From assembly GCA_020057555.1 (NCBI GenBank), contig JAGVFR010000028.1, positions 12,444-76,443 on the forward strand: DNA of 64,000 nucleotides, written 5' to 3'. The notes under the pieces are model-generated. The model made no database searches. It saw nothing but the letters and a program-made list of their open reading frames with translations, and was not told where the DNA came from. The stretch's first letter is position 1; each line of letters begins with the position of its first letter. Both the position numbers and the translations under genes were made by a program. Below, in pieces: positions 1 to 7,938 of the stretch. Origin of the DNA: a bacterium (GTDB taxonomy: Bacteria; Patescibacteriota; Patescibacteriia; UBA9934; GWF2-40-263).

Positions 1-622
1 CCACTGGAACGATGATCTCCTTGTGAACTTCATGACGAAGATCCTCGGTAGAAACATCGTCTGTATGCTGGGTTGCGATCGTGACGTGGACGACCTTTCC
101 GTCCTTCATCACGACCTGACTCTTGTTGTCTGGCCGAAGGAACGAGAGAGTGCCGGCTTTTCGAACATGGTCAAGGCGCATGACGAGCTGACGAGCCACG
201 TGGTAAGCGATCGGCATATAACCGTGATCGGGTGTGTCAACCGCGTATCCGACCATTGTGCCCTGATCGCCAGCGCCTCTGCGCTGAACGTTCGTGCCAA
301 GCGCGATGTCAGGCGACTGCTGAACCACGTCGACATGGACACCGCTGACCTCGTCGTCGTTGTAGCCGATCTCGCGGTGAACCCGCATTGCGAGCTCTGG
401 CAAATCGATCACACTTGCGGTCGTCATCTCACCGATGAGTGTGATGAACGTTTTGCCACCGGTCTCGATTGCGACACGGCTGTTCGGATCTCCTGCGAGC
501 GCGGCATCAAGCACAGCGTCGCTGATCTGGTCGCAGACTTTGTCCGGGTGTCCCGGCCCAACGGTCTCAACCGTGATGTTGCCCCCTCTTTGGGGGCAAA
601 TCATACACATGTCCGTTCCCAT
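1..622 (-). CDS. metK: S-adenosylmethionine synthetase, N-terminal ~207 codons. The gene runs off the window start. The supplied +strand ORF 23..868 is its antisense.
   Basis: The reverse-complement translation from an ATG at 622 reads MGTDMCMICPQRGGNITVETVGPGHPDKVCDQISDAVLDA...GAGDQGTMVGYA...LRPDNKSQV, which are canonical MetK motifs. A GGAGG ribosome-binding site lies 7 nt upstream. The segment is about 58% GC, well above the local average. Confidence 0.85.
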   Translation of the reverse strand, partial: MGTDMCMICPQRGGNITVETVGPGHPDKVCDQISDAVLDAALAGDPNSRVAIETGGKTFITLIGEMTTASVIDLPELAMRVHREIGYNDDEVSGVHVDVVQQSPDIALGTNVQRRGAGDQGTMVGYAVDTPDHGYMPIAYHVARQLVMRLDHVRKAGTLSFLRPDNKSQVVMKDGKVVHVTIATQHTDDVSTEDLRHEVHKEIIVPV

Positions 623-689
623 TCGTGCCTCCAAATTCGTGAACATTCTCACGACTTTGTCAGCTTATGGAATACACTGAAAAACGTCA

Positions 690-706
690 AGGGTTGTGCT
701 ATAATC
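690..706 (+). promoter_or_regulatory. Extended -10 promoter element (TGcTATAAT) upstream of hsp20
   Basis: ttgtgctataat sits immediately upstream of the hsp20 start. Confidence 0.4.
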
Positions 707-711
707 AGACT

Positions 712-1104
712 ATGGAATCAAAACAACAAACAAACTCTTTTCTTGATTCTCAATGGCTTTCAATTCCAGAAGGCCAACTTTCTGTTGATGTACATGAAAC
801 TCCGTCAGAGATTATCGTTCGTTCCGCTATTGCCGGAGTTCTATCAAAGGACCTTGAAATCGTTGTAAGTAATGACACACTTACAATTCGAGGAACACGG
901 CACAATGAATCAAAAACAAAAAAAGGCTCGCGCACTCATATTCAAGAATGTCATTGGGGTGCGTTTTCACGATCAATCATTCTTCCATCACATGTTGATC
1001 CAAATAAAACAAAAGCCACTCTTCAACGCGGTGTTTTAACGGTTGTTATGAAAAAAATTGAAATGGACAAACATGTTCCAGTGCTTGATCTCGAAGATGT
1101 ATGA
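712..1104 (+). CDS. Hsp20 / alpha-crystallin family small heat-shock protein
   Basis: Part of the 667..1104 ORF. The alpha-crystallin-like core reads SVDVHETPSEIIVRSAIAGV...TLTIRGTRH...GAFSRSIILPSHVDPNKTKATLQRGVLTVVMKK. The start at M(ESKQQ) was chosen because it follows the promoter. Confidence 0.7.
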   Translation: MESKQQTNSFLDSQWLSIPEGQLSVDVHETPSEIIVRSAIAGVLSKDLEIVVSNDTLTIRGTRHNESKTKKGSRTHIQECHWGAFSRSIILPSHVDPNKTKATLQRGVLTVVMKKIEMDKHVPVLDLEDV

Positions 1105-2918
1105 AAAAGACAATCTTGTTTGTTGGTCTGGGGTTGGCAGTCATGATTATTTTTGTGACTGCACTTTTTTTTGTTTGGTCGCTCCCATATAAAAATCATA
1201 TATCACCAAATGTTTGGATCGGCCCGATTGATGTTGGTGGACTTGATCCTGAAACAGCACGCGAAACAATTCAAACACAAATTGATTCACTTGTTGCAAA
1301 TGGAATTCCAGTACAGATCAATGGAATTAGCAAACCACTTGCTCTTGCCACACTTGTTTCATCTGATTTGAATGAGGAAGTAACTTTTGATTTGGATCGT
1401 GCAATGCAGAAAGCTCAAGCCGTTCCGCTTGTTTCATTGAGATTGTGGAATAAAAAAATAATTCCGCTTACAGTTTCTATTGCAAAAGAAAATTTGAAAA
1501 AAAATATTTCTGAATTATTTCCAAACGCAGAAATACCGGTTCAAGACGCGCGATTTTTAATTGTCCCAACTGCAGTGAATAATGAATGGTCAGTTCAAGT
1601 GATTGAAGATAGAGCAGGAAATGAACTGAACTGGAATCCATTCTTTCAAACACTCGAAACTCAACTCATGAATCTTGATGATGCAGAGATCATTCTAAAA
1701 GTTTTTGACAAAGCACCTTTTGTAACAAAACAAATAGCAGAGCAACAAATAGATCAAGTGAACGAGATCCTAAAAAATGACCGGATTCAAATCTCGTATT
1801 CTGACGTATGGAAACAACCGCGAATACTTGAGCTTACAAAGTGGAAACTTTCAAAAATGCTTGTTCCAACTCAAAGTGAAAAAGTTGGAATCGATGAAAC
1901 TCAACTAAATCTTTTCCTTGATGATTTTGCTAAAACATTTGAACGGCCAGCTCAAAACGCAAGATTTGTTTTTGAAAACGGACGTGTTATTGAATTTACT
2001 GAAAGCAAATCAGGAGTAAAAATTGATCGAGTTGTAATGTTCAATCTTCTTTCACAAGCAATTCAAGAACCAATCAATGATCCAATTCAACTTGCTGTTA
2101 TTGTTGAAGAACCACTTGTAAAAACAGGAGATGTGAATGATCTTGGTATTCAAGAAATTCTTGGTTTTGGAACTTCAAGTTATCGTGGCAGTCCAATGAA
2201 TCGCCGTAAGAACATTCAAAATGGAGTTCGGCTATTGAACGGACTTCTTATTGCGCCAGGACAAACTTTCTCTTTATTGGAAGCATTAAAACCATTTGAT
2301 ACAGAGAACGGATATCTCCCAGAGCTAGTAATCAAAGGAGACAAGATCACACCAGAACTCGGAGGAGGACTTTGCCAAATCGGAACAACAACATTTCGTG
2401 CGACAATGAACTCTGGTCTTGCGATTGTTGAACGTCAAAATCATTCACTTGTTGTTTCATATTACAATGATCCTGCAAATGGAAACCCTGGAACTGATGC
2501 AACTATCTATGAACCTGCTCCTGACTTCAAATTTTTGAATGACACTGGTAATTACATTCTTTTCCAAGCAGAAAATTTAACAGACACACAAGAATTACGT
2601 TTCACTTTTTGGGGTACTCCGGACGGACGCAAAGGTTCATACTCTGCGCCAAAAATTTTGCGATGGATTCCAGTTGCAGAACCTCAAAAAATTAAAACAA
2701 CAGATTTAAAACCTGGAGAAGAAAAATGTCAGGAATCGCATATCGGTGCTGATGCGTCGTTTGTTTACAAAATTGAAAATCCAGATGGAACAGTTGTCGA
2801 AATAACATTCACTTCTCACTATCGTCCTTTACCAAAAATATGTTTGATAGGAGTTGAGGAAAAAGAAACTGTAGCGGAAGGCTTTGGCCTTCCAGAAGCT
2901 GAAAGTATAACTCCATAA
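1101..2918 (+). CDS. VanW-family protein with an N-terminal transmembrane anchor
   Basis: 605 aa. It has an N-terminal hydrophobic helix and a VanW-like block GGGLCQIGTTTFRATMNSGLAIVERQNHS...YYNDP. Its start overlaps the hsp20 stop (ATGA). Confidence 0.6.
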   Translation: MKKTILFVGLGLAVMIIFVTALFFVWSLPYKNHISPNVWIGPIDVGGLDPETARETIQTQIDSLVANGIPVQINGISKPLALATLVSSDLNEEVTFDLDRAMQKAQAVPLVSLRLWNKKIIPLTVSIAKENLKKNISELFPNAEIPVQDARFLIVPTAVNNEWSVQVIEDRAGNELNWNPFFQTLETQLMNLDDAEIILKVFDKAPFVTKQIAEQQIDQVNEILKNDRIQISYSDVWKQPRILELTKWKLSKMLVPTQSEKVGIDETQLNLFLDDFAKTFERPAQNARFVFENGRVIEFTESKSGVKIDRVVMFNLLSQAIQEPINDPIQLAVIVEEPLVKTGDVNDLGIQEILGFGTSSYRGSPMNRRKNIQNGVRLLNGLLIAPGQTFSLLEALKPFDTENGYLPELVIKGDKITPELGGGLCQIGTTTFRATMNSGLAIVERQNHSLVVSYYNDPANGNPGTDATIYEPAPDFKFLNDTGNYILFQAENLTDTQELRFTFWGTPDGRKGSYSAPKILRWIPVAEPQKIKTTDLKPGEEKCQESHIGADASFVYKIENPDGTVVEITFTSHYRPLPKICLIGVEEKETVAEGFGLPEAESITP

Positions 2919-2984
2919 CTTTCAAATCTATCCACAGTGAACTCTTGCTTATGTTTTCTGAATGGACGTAAGATCGAGACAGGA

Positions 2985-3125
2985 AATAAAAAAACAGACA
3001 TCGATCTGCAGGCAAGAAATTTCATTTATGGGAAGGTCAAGTCCGGAGACCAGAACTTCCATAAATTGAAATCCCATGCTTGTCGTGCCTGCAGATCACT
3101 GCCTGTTTTGAAACTCCTTGAATTG
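2985..3125. repeat. ~130-nt imperfect palindrome with nested stems, in an intergenic region
   Basis: atctgcaggca at ~2998 and tgcctgcagat at ~3101 form a perfect 11-bp inverted repeat. Inside it, tttatgggaag and cttccataaa pair, and the arms align further with bulges. Confidence 0.6.
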
Positions 3126-3217
3126 AAGTCAACACCCTAGTCTATCAGGTCGCAAAAAAATTGTCAATGGCTGACACCAAATGAATGTTACACTGATTTG
3201 ACGGCCTTTGCAAGCAA

Positions 3218-3258
3218 AAAGACTTTTCCAAGAAAAGTCCTTTTATTTTTGTCAAAAC
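3218..3258. terminator. Bidirectional intrinsic terminator (GACTTTTC / GAAAAGTC stem flanked by A and T runs) downstream of clpP
   Basis: aaaaagacttttccaagaaaagtccttttattttt. Confidence 0.6.
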
Positions 3259-3292
3259 CGACAAAAATTACCTATTTATCCAGAGGTTGTCC

Positions 3293-3889
3293 CTAGCTTA
3301 TCACCTTATCAATCAAACCGTACTTAACCGCATCTTCTGGATCTAGGAAGTAATCGCGCTCTGTATCAGCCGCGACCTTCGTGATTTTCTGCCTTGTATG
3401 TTTTGAAAGAATTTGATTAATGCGATCCTTAATCTTCAAAATCCGTTCAGCATGAATCTTAATATCAGTTGCCTGACCTTGAACTCCACCAAGAACTTGG
3501 TGAATCATCACTTCAGAGTTTGGAAGCGCAAAGCGCTTCCCTTTTTCTCCTGCGGCAAGCAACACAGCCGCCATTGAAGCGGCTAGCCCAACACAAATAG
3601 TTGAAACATTTGGTTTGACATATTGCATCGCATCGTAGATTGCAAGCCCGGCAGTAACAGAACCACCAGGTGAATTTACATACAGTTTGATGTCTTTTGT
3701 TTTATCTTGGCTTTCTAAAAAAAGCATTTGCGCAATCACAAGGTTTGCAACCGTGTCGTCGATTTCTGTTCCAAGAAAAATTATTCTATCTTTGAGCAAA
3801 CGAGAATAGATATCATAAGCCCGCTCACCCATGTGGGTTTTTTCTATGACAGTTGGAATAAGAATTTGGTTTGTTGGGGAGAGTGACAT
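3293..3889 (-). CDS. clpP: ATP-dependent Clp protease proteolytic subunit
   Basis: 198 aa. Motifs seen: [40 protein letters not shown] and the catalytic region [31 protein letters not shown]. Confidence 0.9.
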   Translation of the reverse strand: MSLSPTNQILIPTVIEKTHMGERAYDIYSRLLKDRIIFLGTEIDDTVANLVIAQMLFLESQDKTKDIKLYVNSPGGSVTAGLAIYDAMQYVKPNVSTICVGLAASMAAVLLAAGEKGKRFALPNSEVMIHQVLGGVQGQATDIKIHAERILKIKDRINQILSKHTRQKITKVAADTERDYFLDPEDAVKYGLIDKVIS

Positions 3890-3953
3890 AGTGAAAAAGT
3901 GAATGAGTGATTGATTTTATATTATTTTTTCCCTTTTCTACTTTGCTACTCTA

Positions 3954-4949
3954 CTACTTTCCTACTATCTTTTCAACCCTCCAACATCCATTCTCGCCAC
4001 ATAGCAACATCGCATTTTTTATTGTGTACCCAGCAGCCCTTTCATGACCGCCTCCACCCTTTTCTCTTGCAATCGCACTTACATCGCGTGTTGAAGAACG
4101 CATACTAACCTTAACACCTTGTTCTGAAGTTTCTCGCAAAACATAAATTGTTTCTGTGTCTGTCACAAGACTTAAAAAATTCGACAATCCTTCAATCTCT
4201 TCTTCACTGACTTGATTTTCCTTAATGTCTTTTCGAGTAAGACACGTGATTACAGAATCAAAGTCTGGGTGAAAATGAAGACGCTCAAGCGCCAGACCCC
4301 AAACACGCAATGCCGCAACAGAGCGATTCTTAAATAACATACGAATAGCGTCTTGAATTCGTGCACCTGATAAAATAAGTTTGGAAGCAATATCGAGCGC
4401 GCGATTATTTGTCGCGGAGTTTGTAAACGCTGTAGTGTCAAAACAAAGTCCTGCAAACAAACAAGTCGCGGCGTCTTTGCTAATTGGTAAATGATGACTT
4501 TCAAAAAATCCGTAAACAACTTCGGCAGTTGCTGAAGCATCAACAATCACTTGATTGATGTCACCGTATAAAGAATTTGTTTTGTGATGATCGATATTGA
4601 TAATTCTCGGGTTCCCAGGAATAAGTGCGACAAGACGTTTAATAAACTCCGAATCAGAACAGTCAAACGAAACAACAAGATCAATAGTTGGATCAGAAAA
4701 AATCTCGATATTTTGAGTACAACGATTTATAAATGGAAGTGAGCTATAAACTTCAGGAACTGTGGTTGCAACATACACAAACGGTTGCTGTTTCCCATGA
4801 GTTTGCATAAAATCAACCATTGCAAGAGATGATCCTAGGCTGTCGCCATCAACACGTTCATCAGAAATAAACACAGGATTGTGTGCGTGCATCAAAGCCT
4901 CGTGGATTTGTTTATGTTTATAAGATTCCATAAGTGGGATAGTGTACAA
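3954..4949 (-). CDS. nrnA: DHH-family phosphoesterase (NrnA-like oligoribonuclease / pAp phosphatase)
   Basis: Motifs DERVDGDSLGS, IDHHKTN and a C-terminal DHHA1 GGGGHERAAG. Confidence 0.7.
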   Translation of the reverse strand: MYTIPLMESYKHKQIHEALMHAHNPVFISDERVDGDSLGSSLAMVDFMQTHGKQQPFVYVATTVPEVYSSLPFINRCTQNIEIFSDPTIDLVVSFDCSDSEFIKRLVALIPGNPRIINIDHHKTNSLYGDINQVIVDASATAEVVYGFFESHHLPISKDAATCLFAGLCFDTTAFTNSATNNRALDIASKLILSGARIQDAIRMLFKNRSVAALRVWGLALERLHFHPDFDSVITCLTRKDIKENQVSEEEIEGLSNFLSLVTDTETIYVLRETSEQGVKVSMRSSTRDVSAIAREKGGGGHERAAGYTIKNAMLLCGENGCWRVEKIVGK

Positions 4950-4995
4950 AACAAAGCAAAAATGGTCAATCGTGATATACTATCGTCTAGTTTCT

Positions 4996-7233
4996 ATGCA
5001 TCTCGAACGTCTTGAAATTCAAGGATTCAAAACCTTTGCCAAGAAGACAATTTTAACATTTCTTCCTCCAAAAGAAGGCCATTTTCCTGTTACAGCAATT
5101 GTTGGTCCAAATGGTTCAGGAAAATCAAACAGCGCTGACGCGATTCGTTGGGTTTTGGGAGAACAAAGTTTGAAACTTTTGCGCGGTAAACAATCAGACG
5201 ATGTAATTTTTTCTGGCGCAGAGGGAAAAGCTCGTGCTGGTTTTGCAGAGGTCACACTTCAACTCAACAATGAGGACAAATCAATGCCGATTGAATATGA
5301 AAATGTTGTAATCACACGTCGCCTATATCGCGATGGAACTTCAGAATATCTTCTCAACGAAAGTCATGCAAGACTTATTGATATTCAACTTCTTCTTGCG
5401 CAAGCAAATGTCGGTCAACGATCCTATTCAGTTATCGGGCAAGGAATGGTGGATCATATTTTGGTTTCAACACCGGAAGAACGTAAACAATTTTTTGATG
5501 ACGCAACTGGTGTAAAACAATTTCAGATCAAACGTCATGAAGCAATGTTGAAACTCAAGCACACTCTTGAAAATCTTACTGACGCTGAAATGGTTCTTCA
5601 AGAAATTGAACCACGTTTGCGTTCACTAAAGCGCCAAGCATCTCGTCTTGAAAAACGGGAAGAAGTCGAGACCCAACTTCACGCGCTTGAACAAACTTAC
5701 TATGGAAATCTTTGGTGGCAGATTGTGGATGATATGAACGAGCGCAAGCTCACATTTTCTGAAGTCAATAAAAAAATCAAAACAATAGAAAAAGAATTGG
5801 ACGATCTTGAGAAAAAAATGGTCGTTATTGAAAGATCTGAAACAACAGATGAGGGGCTTCGTGAGCTTCAAAAAAAATACCGCGAAATACAACATAAACG
5901 GGAACAGGCTCGTCACACACAATTTGAAACTGAAAAAGAAATTGAACTTGCAAAAATAAAAGTGCAGTCAAATTGGGCACCACTTCCGCTCATAAAAATC
6001 ATCGAAGGAATCGAGGAAATTAAAAAGAAGCTCACTCTCATGTCATCCCGAGCAAAGTCGAGGGATCTCAATAATTTTGATGAAGTTTTCAAAATTGCTG
6101 ATGAGGCTTTTATATTTTCAAACAAACTGGTTTCACAATTGCAAAGACCAAATGCAACTGACATGAAACCAGATCCAAAGCTTGTTGCAAAACTATCACT
6201 TCTAAAACAAGAAGAGGAGAAATTGAATAAAGAGCTTGTTCGAATTGAAAAAGAAATCGATTCACATGCACAAAAAGAAAAAGAAGCACGAACAGAACTT
6301 ATTGAAACACAACGATCTTTGCGCGCAAAACAACAAGATCTACATCTGCTTGAACAGGAGCGAAACCAATCTGAAATTGAACTCGCTCGTTTGGAAGAAC
6401 GACAGCAAGGTTTGATTCGCGAGATGGACGAGTTTATGAAAGAGAGAGCAGTGAATCTAAGAACAAATCTCCCCCCTACCAGAGGGGGGATAAAGGGGGG
6501 AGGGAGCGAGGAAACTTACCCTGAAATTCAGCGACTTCGTTATAAACTCGAATTGATCGGTGGAATCGATCCTGAAGTCATGAAAGAATATACAGAGATT
6601 CAGGAACGCTTTGATTTTCTAAATACGCACGTGACTGATCTTCGACAAGCAATGCGTTCAACAGAAAAAATCATCAAAGAACTGGACGAAAAAATCGAAC
6701 AACAATCCAAAAAATTATTTGGAGAGATTAACAAAAAATTCCAGCACTATTTCAAAATACTTTTTGGCGGAGGATCATGCGCACTTGTGAAAGTCAGCCA
6801 ATCTGTCATCCCAGAAGTGGAATTATCCAATGAGCCTGTCGAAGGGGTAATGAGTCAGATAAACCAGTCCGAAGGTGTTGATATTCAAGCAACTCCGCCT
6901 GGAAAACGTTTGAAGGCATTGAATCTCTTGTCTGGTGGAGAACGTGCACTTACTTCGATCGCGCTTCTTTCCGCAATCATGGATGTAAACCCTTCCCCGT
7001 TTGTTGTTTTGGATGAAGTTGATGCCGCGCTTGATGAAGCAAACACAATTCGATTTGCCGCAATCTTGGATGAGCTTTCACAAAAAAGTCAGTTCATAAT
7101 CATCACACATAATCGCGCGACAATGGAAAAAGCTGATGTACTGTATGGAGTAACAATGGGCGATGACGGAATTTCAAATTTGCTAAGTGTTCATTTGGAA
7201 GATATTGCAAAAAATGGTTCTGCGAGGAGATGA
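4996..7233 (+). CDS. smc: Chromosome segregation protein SMC, short form (~745 aa from the M at 4996; the ORF begins at 4942)
   Basis: N-terminal Walker A LERLEIQGFKTF...IVGPNGSGKSN. C-terminal signature LSGGERALTSIALLSAIMDVNPSPFVVLDEVDAALDE...IIITHN. The middle is coiled-coil-like with many E/K/R residues. Confidence 0.85.
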   Translation: MHLERLEIQGFKTFAKKTILTFLPPKEGHFPVTAIVGPNGSGKSNSADAIRWVLGEQSLKLLRGKQSDDVIFSGAEGKARAGFAEVTLQLNNEDKSMPIEYENVVITRRLYRDGTSEYLLNESHARLIDIQLLLAQANVGQRSYSVIGQGMVDHILVSTPEERKQFFDDATGVKQFQIKRHEAMLKLKHTLENLTDAEMVLQEIEPRLRSLKRQASRLEKREEVETQLHALEQTYYGNLWWQIVDDMNERKLTFSEVNKKIKTIEKELDDLEKKMVVIERSETTDEGLRELQKKYREIQHKREQARHTQFETEKEIELAKIKVQSNWAPLPLIKIIEGIEEIKKKLTLMSSRAKSRDLNNFDEVFKIADEAFIFSNKLVSQLQRPNATDMKPDPKLVAKLSLLKQEEEKLNKELVRIEKEIDSHAQKEKEARTELIETQRSLRAKQQDLHLLEQERNQSEIELARLEERQQGLIREMDEFMKERAVNLRTNLPPTRGGIKGGGSEETYPEIQRLRYKLELIGGIDPEVMKEYTEIQERFDFLNTHVTDLRQAMRSTEKIIKELDEKIEQQSKKLFGEINKKFQHYFKILFGGGSCALVKVSQSVIPEVELSNEPVEGVMSQINQSEGVDIQATPPGKRLKALNLLSGGERALTSIALLSAIMDVNPSPFVVLDEVDAALDEANTIRFAAILDELSQKSQFIIITHNRATMEKADVLYGVTMGDDGISNLLSVHLEDIAKNGSARR

Positions 7234-7257
7234 ATAATTACAACTCTTCAACTGCAG

Positions 7258-7307
7258 TAAATTATTGCCTGAACCTGTCGAAGGCCATAATTTACTTCTG
7301 TTCAGGT
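7258..7307 (+). repeat. Family-1 intergenic hairpin element (AATTATTGCCTGARCCTGTCGAAGGCC...YTCAGG)
   Basis: aattattgcctgaacctgtcgaaggccataatttacttctgttcagg. The stem CCTGAAC/GTTCAGG covaries with CCTGAGC/GCTCAGG in the copy at 44598. Confidence 0.6.
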
Positions 7308-7938
7308 ATAAACAAAACAACCGTTCTCGATGAGACGGTTGTTTGGTTTCCTGAATATTCAAACTGTGGTTTGACTATTCGGGGTACGGGGCGAGGACAG
7401 ATAATCCTCGCCCAAGAGCTTTGTGGTCGTTCACCTCCACGACCTTTAGGAGAGTTCTTTGTTTCGCAGATTTCTCTGCGCGGACGAAACTCACAACGCC
7501 CGTGACTTCTTTGGAACGCCTTCACTCCTTAAGTAGATAACAAAAGGCGTTTCCTTTCAGGCTTCAGAAGTCTTTTGCCTGCCATGCTTTGGTTGCGAGC
7601 CTGACGACGTCCTGGCCAGAAGCCAGGGAGCTGTTTCGAATGGGATCGCTACTTAGTAGGTTTGCACCTACTTCTGACTCCCCATCAAAACAACCACGCA
7701 TAGTACGCCGACCATTCTGTCTTGTATCCACGCACGGGCGAATGATTTGCCAACGGCCCCGTACGCTTCCCCTATCTCATCAGCCTGTTCCTTTCTCGAC
7801 GCATTTCGTTGTTTCCAACATTTTCCGTTGCTGGATCCAACAACCATGCTCCCCCAGCACATACTGGAGAAGCCCCCAGACACCAGATAGCACCAAAGCT
7901 TCAGAGAACCACCAGATGCGACTTCATCGCACCTTCGT
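7305..7938 (-). ncRNA. Candidate large structured ncRNA (unclassified), about 630 nt. It is GC-rich and has no ORF.
   Basis: A minus-strand promoter has TTGACA at 7974-7969, a 17-nt spacer and TAATCT at 7951-7946. An intrinsic terminator hairpin AACAACCGU...ACGGUUGUU at 7343-7316 is followed by a U-tract. Between them is ~50% GC sequence in a ~39% GC genome with many perfect local hairpins. Only short ORFs rich in Trp/Cys/Arg occur, on both strands, so they look spurious. I found no match to conserved cores of RNase P RNA, tmRNA or SRP RNA. Confidence 0.45.

Noticed and set aside
23-868. 281-aa +strand ORF
   Set aside because: It is antisense to a clearly recognisable metK N-terminus. Its translation has no motifs and is rich in Cys, Arg and His, as GC-rich antisense ORFs typically are.
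7262-7300. Plus-strand promoter TTGCCT, 17 nt, TAATTT driving the GC-rich region
   Set aside because: The minus strand has the much better promoter (TTGACA, 17 nt, TAATCT) and a matching intrinsic terminator at the far end. The plus-strand reading would need a different terminator, and none is present.
7305-7938. Identity of the large RNA as RNase P RNA, tmRNA, SRP RNA, a group II intron or 6S RNA
   Set aside because: I checked both strands for P4 (GGAAAGUCCGG, ACAGAARCCGGCUUA), the tmRNA tRNA-like ends and tag reading frame, SRP domain IV, and group II domain V (GAGC...GAAA...GUAC GGUUC). None is present convincingly. Only a loose ACAGAAUGGUCGGCGUA resemblance exists, and it is in the wrong position.
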